Translations under genes and position numbers: made by a program
Shown here: piece by piece, positions 40,877 to 50,109 of the stretch
Position numbering within the stretch: the stretch's first letter is position 1
How the letters are laid out: every line of letters begins with the position of its first letter
DNA from: an uncultured Acidimicrobiia bacterium
GTDB taxonomy: Bacteria; Actinomycetota; Acidimicrobiia; Spongiisociales; UBA5794
Assembly (NCBI GenBank): GCA_963812375.1
Contig: CAWEUW010000009.1
Coordinates: 194,240-258,239 of the forward strand
Reading direction: 5' to 3'
DNA: 64,000 nucleotides
Notes under the pieces: generated by a model
The model's database searches: none
Told to the model about the DNA's origin: nothing
Seen by the model: the letters and a program-made list of their open reading frames with translations, nothing else

Positions 40877-43870
40877 TCACCCGCCGGGGGACAGCACGGT
40901 GTCGACCGCGTGGGCGAGCCCGTTGCCGCCGGCCACGTTGGTGATGGTCACCGTCGACGCACCGTCCAGCACGAGCAGCCCCTGCTCGACGGACACCGAG
41001 ATCGACCCGCCGTCGGCCGAGGCGACCGACGACACGTCGAGGAGCTCGAAGGCGGACAGCTCCTCCTCGACGACGTGGTGGAGGAGGAGCGCTTCGAGCT
41101 CGGCAGGATCGTCCGGTAGCGGGGTCTCCAGCCGGCTGAAGGCGTCGTCGGTGGGGGCGAACAGCGTGAAGGGCCCGGACCCGTTCAACCGGTCGGTGAG
41201 CCCGGCGGCGTCGATCGCCGCCAGCAGCTCGGTGAACTGCCCGGCGTCGGCGAGCACGTCGAGGATGCTGCCCTCCGGGGTCGGGCGCGCCGTGGTCGGC
41301 GGCGCCGGTGCTGTCGTCGTGGGTGCTTCGGCCGCGGTGGTGGTCGGGGCGGGAGGTCGGGTGGTATCCGGTTCGTCGGGTGGCGGGGCCTCCGTCGCCG
41401 GTGGCGGGGCCGCCGTCGCCGGAGGCTCGCCTCCCTCGGCGAGCGCCTCCTCGAAGGCCCGCAGTGTCTCCGCGTCGATCGTCCCCGTCGGGGACACCCC
41501 GAGGTCGGTCTGGAACGCCTTCAGCGCCTCTTCGAGCTGGGGCGACCACTGGCCGTCGATCGGGCCGGGGAAGTAGCCCAGGGTGACCAGGATCCCCTGG
41601 AGGGCGGCGACCTGCGCCGAGGCGGCGCCGTCGAGCGCCGCCTGGATGGCTGCCTGGGTCGCCGGGTCGGGTAGTCCGGTGACGGGGAGGTCGTTGGCCT
41701 CCTGGAGCTCCTCGACGGCGGCGACCGTCTTCGGCCCGTAGATCCCGTCGATCGACCCTGAGTAGTACCCCAGGGTCCGGAGATCGGTCTGGAGGGCTTC
41801 CACGTAGTCGGCCACCCACTGGCTCGCCTGAGCCGCGTCCTCGTCCTCGATGCATCCGGCGTCGGCAAAGGCACGGACCCATGCCACCTGGAGCGAGTAC
41901 GCCGCCGATGTGAACGAAACCGCGGCCTCGGTGACCAGCGTCCGGTCGTTGATCCCGTCGACGGCGTCGGCGAAGGCCGCCTCCGCCTGCTCGACGACCT
42001 CAATCGTCTCCGGGTCGACGAGCTCGATGGTCACCCCTTCGGTGCTGTCCGCCTCGACCGCCTGCTGGAACTCCTCGGCCGATGCCACCACCGCCTCCCG
42101 GGCGGGCTCGAGGTCCTCGGCGGCGCTCTTGACCTCGCCCACGGTGAGCTCGACGTCGGCGAAGAGCCCGCCGTAGGTGTCGAGGGCCTCGACGTACCCT
42201 TGGACGTCCGAGCAGAACTGCTGCTGGGCGGCATCGACGTCCGGGGGCTCGTCTTCTCCACAGGCGGACACCACCAGCGCCGTCGCCAGCAGCGCGGTGA
42301 TGCCGAAGTGCCGGCTCTTCATGGAGCGCGATTCCCGCTGTCGGAGCCGGCCGAGGACGGTGACGGGCGCGTCGGCACCGGCTCCTTCGGGCGGGACGAC
42401 CGCGGCTCGGTTCCGCGCCGCCGAGATCGCCCAGAGATACAGGGCGAGCAGACCACCGACGACGAGGACAGAGATGACCCCGAGCCCGATGAAGTAGAGG
42501 ATGACGACGGCGAGGGCGATGCCGGCGATGCGGAGCCCGTCGAACTTGGGGGCGATCCACCGGTCGAGATCACTCGCCCCCGACCCTCCGGCGGTCTCCC
42601 GAGCGGCGCGCTGCTCCCTCAGTCGTTCCAGCCACGCAGGCCGTCCGGCCAGGTAGGCGGCGATGGCGACGACGACAGCGACCACGACGATCACCCAGAC
42701 AACCCTGCGGAGGTCGCCGATGACGTCGGCGATCAGGGCGGCAGCGGTGGCGGCCCCGTCCGGATTCTCGATGCTGTCGATGATCGCCGCTTCGAGCCGG
42801 CGAACCGCAGCCACGCCGAGGACCACTGCCACGATCACTCCGATGGCGACCTGCACCACCGCCCGCCGACGGTTCCGGGCGACGGCGATCGCAGCTGCGA
42901 TGAGGACGACGGCCAGGATGGCGACCAGCCAGACGAGGCGGTCGAATCGGCCGGCCGCCTCCTGGGCGGCGGAGAGGTCCGCCTCGGACATCACGGTCAG
43001 CTGGCCGAAGTCCTCGGGGAGCTCGGCACGGAGGGCGGCGGCGAGCTGCTCTCGTGCCTCGGCCGCCTGGTCGGAGACGACGCCGGGGAGGGTGACGTCG
43101 GGGAGGAAGTCCCTGATCTCGTCGAAGACCCGCTGCAGCGTCGCCGTGATGAGAGGGATCAGGTTGAGCCTCACCTCCCCATCCTCGATGGAGACGTTGG
43201 GGAGCTCGGCGAGGTCGTCCCGCACCAGGGCGACGGCCGCCTGGTGACCGCGCCGGACCAGCTCAACCACGGCAGTCCTGAACTCTTCCGAGGTGACGAA
43301 GCTGTCGATCCTGTCGGCCACGCGCGTCTCCAGGGCGGCGCTGATCGACGGGGCGAGCGCGGTGAGCGACGGCCGGTCGAACCGGGAGAGCAGCTCGAGG
43401 ATCTGCGGGTCGGGGTTGATCGCCTCCACGATCGCCTCGCTCAGGTAGGTGTCGAGACGATCGAGGGCATCGGTGACCCGCGTCTCGATGTCGAGGGCCT
43501 CGAGCGTCTGGTCGGTGACGTACCCGCTCATCGACGCGTAGAAGGCCGGGTCCTCGAGGGTCGGCTCCACCGTGGCCATGAACTTGTCGGTGTCGAACAC
43601 CCTCTCGTGGGCCCAGACGGTGACGACGGTTGCCAGGACGACGATCGAGGCGAGCACGACAAGCACCAGCGACAGCCATCCTCGGACACGGCCGCGCCGG
43701 TCGGGCTCGACTTGCGGAGGCTCGCTGCCGGCCTTGACGTTGTCCGGCTCGGCGCCCGTTCCCGGCGGCTGGTCCATGCTTTCGGTCATGGCATCCTCGG
43801 CGCCGATCGGGGGGTCTCGTTGCGGCGCGGCCCCGGACCTTAGGATCAGTGACCCCGACGAGGTCATCAT
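40877..43870 (-). CDS. 997-aa ORF with N-terminal polytopic membrane region, internal lipoprotein signal, two PG_binding_1 domains and a C-terminal fasciclin (FAS1) domain
   Basis: Uninterrupted ORF. PG-binding repeats (LRTLGYYSGSIDGIYGPKTVAAVEELQ; LVTLGYFPGPIDGQWSPQLEEALKAFQ). FAS1 (GPFTLFAPTDDAF...NGLAHAVDTVL). MKSRHFGITALLATALVVSACG at codon 517 suggests it may really be two genes. The probable start is MTESMDQ at about 43789. Confidence 0.75.
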   Translation of the reverse strand: MMTSSGSLILRSGAAPQRDPPIGAEDAMTESMDQPPGTGAEPDNVKAGSEPPQVEPDRRGRVRGWLSLVLVVLASIVVLATVVTVWAHERVFDTDKFMATVEPTLEDPAFYASMSGYVTDQTLEALDIETRVTDALDRLDTYLSEAIVEAINPDPQILELLSRFDRPSLTALAPSISAALETRVADRIDSFVTSEEFRTAVVELVRRGHQAAVALVRDDLAELPNVSIEDGEVRLNLIPLITATLQRVFDEIRDFLPDVTLPGVVSDQAAEAREQLAAALRAELPEDFGQLTVMSEADLSAAQEAAGRFDRLVWLVAILAVVLIAAAIAVARNRRRAVVQVAIGVIVAVVLGVAAVRRLEAAIIDSIENPDGAATAAALIADVIGDLRRVVWVIVVVAVVVAIAAYLAGRPAWLERLREQRAARETAGGSGASDLDRWIAPKFDGLRIAGIALAVVILYFIGLGVISVLVVGGLLALYLWAISAARNRAAVVPPEGAGADAPVTVLGRLRQRESRSMKSRHFGITALLATALVVSACGEDEPPDVDAAQQQFCSDVQGYVEALDTYGGLFADVELTVGEVKSAAEDLEPAREAVVASAEEFQQAVEADSTEGVTIELVDPETIEVVEQAEAAFADAVDGINDRTLVTEAAVSFTSAAYSLQVAWVRAFADAGCIEDEDAAQASQWVADYVEALQTDLRTLGYYSGSIDGIYGPKTVAAVEELQEANDLPVTGLPDPATQAAIQAALDGAASAQVAALQGILVTLGYFPGPIDGQWSPQLEEALKAFQTDLGVSPTGTIDAETLRAFEEALAEGGEPPATAAPPPATEAPPPDEPDTTRPPAPTTTAAEAPTTTAPAPPTTARPTPEGSILDVLADAGQFTELLAAIDAAGLTDRLNGSGPFTLFAPTDDAFSRLETPLPDDPAELEALLLHHVVEEELSAFELLDVSSVASADGGSISVSVEQGLLVLDGASTVTITNVAGGNGLAHAVDTVLSPGG

Positions 43871-43912
43871 CTTCGACGAGGAACCGGAAGGGTTCTCACG
43901 ATCCCGGCACGC

Positions 43913-44776
43913 TCAGGGCGACAGCAACCCGCGGTTGCGGCGGACGCGTCGCTCGATGGTCCCGAAGAAGACTCCGTCGACGATGATGCCGATGACCAGC
44001 ACCACGATCATCATCGCCTGCAGCGCGGCGGCGTCGGCGAGCTCACGGGCGAAGGTGAGCCGGACCCCGATCGACGGCGAGGCAGCGATGATGACCAGCA
44101 GCTCGCCCGCCATCAGCGAGCGCCAGGCGAAGGCCCAACCCTGCTTGAGGCCGGCCACGTAGCCGGGGAGGGCTGCAGGAAGCACCACGTACACCCACGA
44201 CATCGGGCCCCTGGCCCCGAGCACCTTCCCGGCGCGCAACAGCATGGGCTCGATGTGGTCGATGCCCGAGATGAGGCCGTTGGCGATGGCGGGCGCCGCC
44301 CCCAGCACCACCACGAAGAAGATCGCCGTCTCCGAGATCTGGAACAGCAGGATGGCGAAGGGGAACCACACGATCGAGGGCATGCTCTGCAGTCCGGTGA
44401 TCAGCGATCCGACGGCACGGCGCAGCACCGAGCTCTGCGCCACCACCAGGCCGACCACCGTGCCGACGAGGGTGGCGGCGGCGAACCCGATGGCCGCCCG
44501 CTCCATGGTGATGCCCACCGCCTCCCAGAACGAGGCGGTCCGGATGCTCTCGCCCAGGGTCTGGAACACCTCGGCCGGCGGGAGGGAGCACGTAGTCGGG
44601 CTTCCACCCGACCAGACGATCAGCTGCCAAAAGGTCAGGAACAGGGCGACGGCGGCCAGCTTGGGCCAGGCGGCGTCCCAGGCCCGCGCCGTCCACGGCT
44701 TCCGTTCCCGCCGCGGGATCTCGAGGTGGTCGAGACCGACGATCTCGTCGTCCAGGTACCGGGTGTCAGCTTGCAT
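43913..44776 (-). CDS. ABC transporter permease (NitT/TauT family: sulfonate/nitrate/taurine type)
   Basis: MQADTRYLDD... has a BPD-transporter signature region (LLRAGKVLGARGPMSWVYVVLPAALP). A short out-of-frame stretch (expected WSGWKPDYVLPPPAEVF) is caused by compensating indels in G and C runs near 44585-44612. Confidence 0.85.
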   Translation of the reverse strand: MQADTRYLDDEIVGLDHLEIPRRERKPWTARAWDAAWPKLAAVALFLTFWQLIVWSGGSPTTCSLPPAEVFQTLGESIRTASFWEAVGITMERAAIGFAAATLVGTVVGLVVAQSSVLRRAVGSLITGLQSMPSIVWFPFAILLFQISETAIFFVVVLGAAPAIANGLISGIDHIEPMLLRAGKVLGARGPMSWVYVVLPAALPGYVAGLKQGWAFAWRSLMAGELLVIIAASPSIGVRLTFARELADAAALQAMMIVVLVIGIIVDGVFFGTIERRVRRNRGLLSP

Positions 44777-45542
44777 GGCGTCGCACCTCTCCCCGCAGCC
44801 GTGCGGTGATCTCGGCGGCGAGGTCGCCGACGGCGGCCGCCTCCAGCTCCCGCGGGCGCGGTAGCCCAACGTCGTAGGTCTCGATGACTCGGCCCGGCCG
44901 GCTCGACAGCAGCACCACCCGGTCGCCGAGCCGTACCGCCTCGCGGACATCGTGGGTGACGAAGAGCACGGTCAGGTTCGACGAGCTCCAGATCCGCTCG
45001 ATCTCGTCGTGGAGGATGCCCCGGGTCATGGCGTCGAGGGCGCCGAACGGCTCGTCCATCAGCAGCAGCTCGGCGTCCTGGGCGAGCGCCCGGGCGATGG
45101 CGGTCCGCTGCCGCATCCCCCCGGAGAGCTGGTGGGGGCGCTCGTCGGCGAACTCCTCGAGGTGGACCAGCTTCAACAGCTCGTTGACCCGGCTCTTGCG
45201 GAGATCCCGGGGGAGCCGCTGGAACTTCATGGCGGCGTCGACGTTGCGGGCGACGGTCAGCCACGGGAACAGCGCCGGGTCCTGGAACACCATGCCGATC
45301 CTGCGGCCGCCGGTGTCGATGGTCCCCTCGGTCGTCGCATAGAGGCCGGAGACCAGGCTGAGCAGGGTGCTCTTGCCGCAACCCGAGGCGCCGAGCAGGC
45401 AGACGAACTCGCCCTCGGCGATCTCGAGCGAGACGTCGTCGAGCGCCTTGATGCGCGGAGCGGCCGTCGCTGTAGGTCTTCGAGACATGGTGATCGAGAC
45501 GGCGGCAGGCGGCGCCGGTGTTACCACCGGCGCCGCTGCCAC
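44766..45542 (-). CDS. ABC transporter ATP-binding protein (NitT/TauT family), probable frameshift near the N-terminus
   Basis: Walker A GASGCGKST, signature LSGGMRQR and Walker B LLLMDEPFGALD. The natural HVSKTYSDG segment is in another frame near 45475. Confidence 0.85.
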   Translation of the reverse strand: MAAAPVVTPAPPAAVSITMSRRPTATAAPRIKALDDVSLEIAEGEFVCLLGASGCGKSTLLSLVSGLYATTEGTIDTGGRRIGMVFQDPALFPWLTVARNVDAAMKFQRLPRDLRKSRVNELLKLVHLEEFADERPHQLSGGMRQRTAIARALAQDAELLLMDEPFGALDAMTRGILHDEIERIWSSSNLTVLFVTHDVREAVRLGDRVVLLSSRPGRVIETYDVGLPRPRELEAAAVGDLAAEITARLRGEVRRHAS

Positions 45543-45544
45543 CT

Positions 45545-46657
45545 GCTCGTGACTCGACGATCACGGGCTCACCGTCGGTCTGCCCAACTCGGTCGAGGAT
45601 GGCGTTGAGCGGATCGAGGGCATAGATCCCGTTCAGGTCGACCGGGTCGAGGAGGCCGACGGCAACGGCATTGTCCGCCGACACCTGGAGCGACGAGGCG
45701 ATCGGGTCGAGGGTGAACTCGAGGTTGCCCCACGCCCCTTCGATGGTCTCCGGGGCGATGGCGCTGCCGGTGATCGCCTCGATGGCGTCGCTGACCACCG
45801 TCTGCGCGTCCGCCGGCGACTCGTTGGCGAAGTCGACCGCCCGCACCAGCCCGCGGAGGACGGCGTCGACGACTTCCGGGTGCTCCTCGAGGAAGGTCGT
45901 GGCCACGATCAGGTGGGTGGTGACGAACTGCCCGTCGGGCCACAACTCGGCTTCGTCGAGGAACACCCGGCCACCACCCTCGAGCACGAGCCGGGTCGCC
46001 CACGGCTCGGGGACCCACGCCGCCTGCACGTTGCCCTGCTGGAAGGCGGCCAGCGTCTCGGAGTTGTCCTGGGGGACGACGTTGACGTCGCCGCCGCCCT
46101 CGAGGGTCACCTCGTAGCCCTGCTCGGCCAGCCAGGCACGGGCGGCGACGTCCTGGGTGTTGCCCAGCGACGGTGTCGCCAGGGTCTTCCCGGCGAAGTC
46201 CTCCACCGACTGGATGTCTTCGTTGACCACCAGCGCAGCGCCGCCGGACGTGGTCCCGGCGATGATCCGCACCGCCTCGCCTTCAGATTGCGCGAAGGCG
46301 TTGATCGCCGGGTTGGGGCCGATGAACGTCATGTCGATGGCCCCGCTGAACATTGCCTCGACCGCCTCGGTGCCGGCGTTGAAGGTGGCCGTCTCCAGCG
46401 CGACGTCGCCCAGCTCCTCCTGGATGAAGCCGTTCTCGACGCCGACGATGGCAGGGGCGTGGGTGACGTTGGCGAAGTAGCCGAGTCGCACCGCTCCGAG
46501 GTCGTCGCCGCCTTCGTCCGGCGCCTCGGTGCCGGCGGCGCCGGTCGTGGTCCCGGAAGCATCGCCGGTCGTGTCGGTGGAGTCGTCACCGCCGCAGGCG
46601 GCGAGAAGGGCAACGGTGGCCCACCACCACCATCCACGATCTCATGATCCGATTCAT
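45545..46657 (-). CDS. ABC substrate-binding lipoprotein (NitT/TauT/SsuA-like), frameshift in signal peptide, 3' end uncertain
   Basis: MNRIMRSWMVVV...VALLAACGG (lipobox, another frame), then VRLGYFANVTHAPAIVG...TPSLGNTQDVAARAWLAEQG (ORF 44635..46491). No in-frame stop precedes the ATPase gene, so the end coordinate is approximate. Confidence 0.7.
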
Positions 46658-46747
46658 CACTACCTCTTTCCTCGAGCTCTGGCCTCGTGGGTTCTATTTC
46701 TGATAATGTCGATTTAGTTAGTCAACATGCTCGACATGTGAAGCGGC

Positions 46748-46776
46748 ACCTTACTGGAAACCGCGACGCGTGTCAA
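46748..46776 (-). promoter_or_regulatory. sigma-70-like promoter of the ABC importer operon
   Basis: The minus strand reads TTGACA-N17-TAAGGT (46776..46748). It is followed by the inverted repeat ATGTCGA-N18-TCGACAT (46706-46737) in the leader. Confidence 0.45.
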
Positions 46777-46890
46777 TGAGCCTGGCGACCCAGTGGCCGC
46801 AGCCCGGGGTCGAGTGCGTGGCATGCCCGACCGAAGTTGTCTACTGTTGAACTCGACAATTCGTACCGTGAGTGATGAGCCGGGGTCTAC

Positions 46891-47349
46891 ATGTGGATCA
46901 CCAGGAAGACCGACTACGCCACGAGAGCGGTCCTGGCGCTGGCCATCGCCGAGCATGACGGGCCGCCGTTGAAGCTCGCCGATCTGGCCGACCGCACCGC
47001 GGTTCCGGCCTCATTCCTCGAGCAGATCATGAGCCAGCTTCGCGGCGCCGGCATCGTCCGCTCCGAGCGGGGCCCCACCGGCGGCTACCGGCTGAACCAC
47101 CCCGCGGAGGACATAACCCTCGACCGGGTGGTCCGGGTCTTCCAGGGCCAGCTCGCCCCCATCGCCTGCGCCACCCGGTCCTCGCCCGAGCCGTGCCCGA
47201 TGGACGTCGCCTGCTCGCTGAAGGAGGTGTGGCAGGAGGTGCGGGAGGCAACGATCGCCATCCTCGAGGGCGTCGACTTCGCCCAACTCGCCGAGCGGGC
47301 CGGCGGCCGCTGGGTGGCGCCCCTCGAGCTACTGCCGCCGCCGCGCTGA
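46891..47349 (+). CDS. Rrf2-family transcriptional regulator (three-Cys cluster type)
   Basis: MWITRKTDYATRAVLALA...GGYRL, plus CATRSSPEPCPMDVAC. It is divergent from the ABC importer. Confidence 0.9.
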   Translation: MWITRKTDYATRAVLALAIAEHDGPPLKLADLADRTAVPASFLEQIMSQLRGAGIVRSERGPTGGYRLNHPAEDITLDRVVRVFQGQLAPIACATRSSPEPCPMDVACSLKEVWQEVREATIAILEGVDFAQLAERAGGRWVAPLELLPPPR

Positions 47350-47425
47350 CGGCGTCGCCGTCGGGCGCGGGCCTAGGCGACCAACTCGAACCGCTCGCCC
47401 TGGCAGCCGGTCGGTTGCGCAGCCC

Positions 47426-48193
47426 TCAGATCGCCGCGGTGAGGACGATCGGGCCGTTGTCGGTGATGGCCACGGTGTGCTCGGAGTGGGCGCCGCGTGA
47501 GCCGTCGACCGAACGGAGCGTCCAGCCGTCGGGATCGGTGTAGATGAGGTCGGTGGTCTCCAGGAACCAGGGCTCGATGGCGACGACCAGACCGGGCCGC
47601 AGCGCCAGCCCCTGGCCGCGTCGGCCGTCGTTGGGGATGTGTGGGTCGCCGTGCATGACCCGACCGACACCGTGGCCGCCGAAGGTGGTGTTGATCCGGT
47701 ACCCGGCGGACCGGGCAACACCTGCGATGGCCGCCGAGATGTCGCCCACTCGGTTGCCCGGCCGGGCCGCGGCGATGGCGGCGTCGAGGGCACGGCGGGT
47801 GGTGTCGATCAAGCGGACGTCGCCGCTCCGGGAGCGGCCGACGATCATCGACACGGCGGCGTCGCACACCCACCCGTCGACCGCGGCGGCGAAGTCGAGG
47901 GTCAGCAGGTCGCCGTCCCGCAGGGCGTAGTCGTGCGGGAGCCCGTGGAGCACGGCGTCGTTCACCGAGGTGCAGATCACCTTGCCGAAGGGGCTGGCGC
48001 CGAACGACGGGTGGTAGTCGATGTAGCACGACTCGGCCCCGGCGTCTTCGATCATCCGGTGGGCGAGCCGATCGAGGTCGAGCAGGTTGACCCCCACGTC
48101 GGCGGCTTCGCTGGTGGCGGCGAGGACGGCGGCCACGAAGCGACCCGCCGGTCGCATCGCCTCGATCTCCTCCGGCGTCCTCAGCTCGACCAC
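47426..48193 (-). CDS. map: type I methionine aminopeptidase
   Basis: VVELRTPEEIEAMR...DFAAAVDGWVCDAA...GHGVGRVMHGDP...VVAIEPW...SEHTV metal-ligand pattern. GTG at 48193 is preceded by GAGGAGG. Confidence 0.9.
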   Translation of the reverse strand: MVELRTPEEIEAMRPAGRFVAAVLAATSEAADVGVNLLDLDRLAHRMIEDAGAESCYIDYHPSFGASPFGKVICTSVNDAVLHGLPHDYALRDGDLLTLDFAAAVDGWVCDAAVSMIVGRSRSGDVRLIDTTRRALDAAIAAARPGNRVGDISAAIAGVARSAGYRINTTFGGHGVGRVMHGDPHIPNDGRRGQGLALRPGLVVAIEPWFLETTDLIYTDPDGWTLRSVDGSRGAHSEHTVAITDNGPIVLTAAI

Positions 48194-48321
48194 GGCCCTC
48201 CTCTCCGGCCGCCGGCATTCTGGCGGCTCGCCGGCACCGCTCGGCCGGGCTGTAGTACTTGACGTCGTTCCCACCAATCACGCTTTCGCCACAGCCGATC
48301 GGGCCCCGCCGTGATGTCCCT

Positions 48322-50109
48322 TCAGCCGGCGGTAGCGGCTGCCCCCGACGTGCCGGCGGCCCAGTCGGCGTGGAGGTCGGCGTAGACGCCGCCGAGCGCC
48401 AGCAGGTCCTCATGGGAGCCGCGCTCGACCAGGCGACCCTTGTCGAAAACCAACACCCAGTCCGCCGCTTCCGCCGTAGAGAGCCGGTGGGCGACCGTGA
48501 TCGAGGTGCGGGACTCGGTGAGGTGTTCCATGGCCCGACGGATCTGCACCTCGAGGGCGGGGTCGACCGCCGACGTCGCCTCATCGAGCACCAACACTGC
48601 CGGGTCGGCGATCCAGGCCCGGGCCACCGCCACCAGCTGCCGTTCTCCGGCGGAGAGGGCACTGCCCCGCTCACCGACCTCGGTGGCGGCCCCGGCGGGG
48701 AGCGACGCCAGCCATCCGTCCAGCTCGAGGTCGGAGAACGCCTCCATGACCTCGGCGTCGGTGGCGTCCGGGCTGCCGTAGCGGACGTTGTCGGCGATCG
48801 TGGTGTCGAAGAGGAAACCCTCCTGGGGGACGAAGACCATGCGCCGGCGCAGGTTGTCGAAGGCGACCCGGTCGACGGGCACGCCGCCGACGAGCACCCT
48901 GCCCTCGGCGGGGTCGAGCAGCCGGGTGGCCAGCTTGGAGAACGTGGATTTACCCGACCCGGTTTCACCAACCACGGCGACGCGCGCCCCGGCCGGGATG
49001 GTGACGGTGACGTCCTGCAACACGTCGTCACCGGACGGGTACCGGAACCGCACTCCCTCGAAGGCGACGTCGAGGGCGCCTGCGGGCAGGATGGCGCCGT
49101 CGACCGGGTCGGCGATGACGATCGGCGTGTCGAGCACCTCGACGATGCGTCGGACACCCGAGGCCGCCGATTGGGCCTGGTCGAGGGTCTCCACCAACGT
49201 CTGCACCGGTTCCACCAGGAGGGTCACGAGGAACAGGAGACCCAGCAGAGTGCCGGCGGTGAGGCCCCAGCCCGGGCCGAAAGCGACGCCGAGGGCGATG
49301 ACCCCCGCCGTGATGGCACCGGCGAAGATCTCGGCGCTGGAGAACAGGGCGGCGCCCACCACGAAGGTGCGGTGCTCCACCTTGAATTGCTTGTCGATCA
49401 CCGAACGGACCTTGGCCACGGTGGCGTCCTCCGTCCCATAGGCGCGCACCACCGAAAGTCCCGAAACCGCCTCACCCAAGGCCGACATGGTGTCACCCAC
49501 GCGTCGCCGGACCTGGTCGTGCAGTCGTTGCAGCACCCTCTGGAACAGGATCAGGAGCAGCCCGTAGAGCAACACCCCGGCGAGCACGAACAGCGCCAGC
49601 CGCCACTCGAACGCCAGCATCATCGCCACCGCCATCACCACCTGGGCGCTGCCGATGAGGAGCCCGACCCCGCCCCAGTCGACGAAATCCTGGATGGCGG
49701 CGATGTCACTGGTGACGCGGGCGACCAGCGACCCGCGTCGCTCCGCCTCGACATGCAGCACGTCGAGGCGGTGGAGGTGCGAGAAGGCTCCCACCCGGAG
49801 GTCGGACAGCCCTTGGGCCGCCTGGGTGGCCAGCCGCACCAGGGCCAGCCGGCGCACCACCATCGCCGCCAGCATCGCTCCCACCGCTACCGCGCCGAGC
49901 GTCAGCACCCCGCCGACATCGACCCCGGCCGGGGCCAGGATCTCGTTGTCGATGATCCGCTGGACGACGACGGGGACGACGATTTGGATCGCCGTGCCCA
50001 GGGCGGCGAGGAGGATGGTCACCACGAGACCGTGCCGCAGCGCCGGAGCCTCGACCAGCATGCGCCGCAGCGCCCGCGAGGTGGACATGGTCCGGTCGGC
50101 GGTGGTCAC
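48322..50109 (-). CDS. ABC exporter, fused permease/ATPase (heterodimer partner B)
   Basis: Intact 595 aa with 6 TM segments, Walker A GETGSGKST, LSAGERQ and VLVLDEATSAVD. Confidence 0.9.
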   Translation of the reverse strand: MTTADRTMSTSRALRRMLVEAPALRHGLVVTILLAALGTAIQIVVPVVVQRIIDNEILAPAGVDVGGVLTLGAVAVGAMLAAMVVRRLALVRLATQAAQGLSDLRVGAFSHLHRLDVLHVEAERRGSLVARVTSDIAAIQDFVDWGGVGLLIGSAQVVMAVAMMLAFEWRLALFVLAGVLLYGLLLILFQRVLQRLHDQVRRRVGDTMSALGEAVSGLSVVRAYGTEDATVAKVRSVIDKQFKVEHRTFVVGAALFSSAEIFAGAITAGVIALGVAFGPGWGLTAGTLLGLLFLVTLLVEPVQTLVETLDQAQSAASGVRRIVEVLDTPIVIADPVDGAILPAGALDVAFEGVRFRYPSGDDVLQDVTVTIPAGARVAVVGETGSGKSTFSKLATRLLDPAEGRVLVGGVPVDRVAFDNLRRRMVFVPQEGFLFDTTIADNVRYGSPDATDAEVMEAFSDLELDGWLASLPAGAATEVGERGSALSAGERQLVAVARAWIADPAVLVLDEATSAVDPALEVQIRRAMEHLTESRTSITVAHRLSTAEAADWVLVFDKGRLVERGSHEDLLALGGVYADLHADWAAGTSGAAATAG

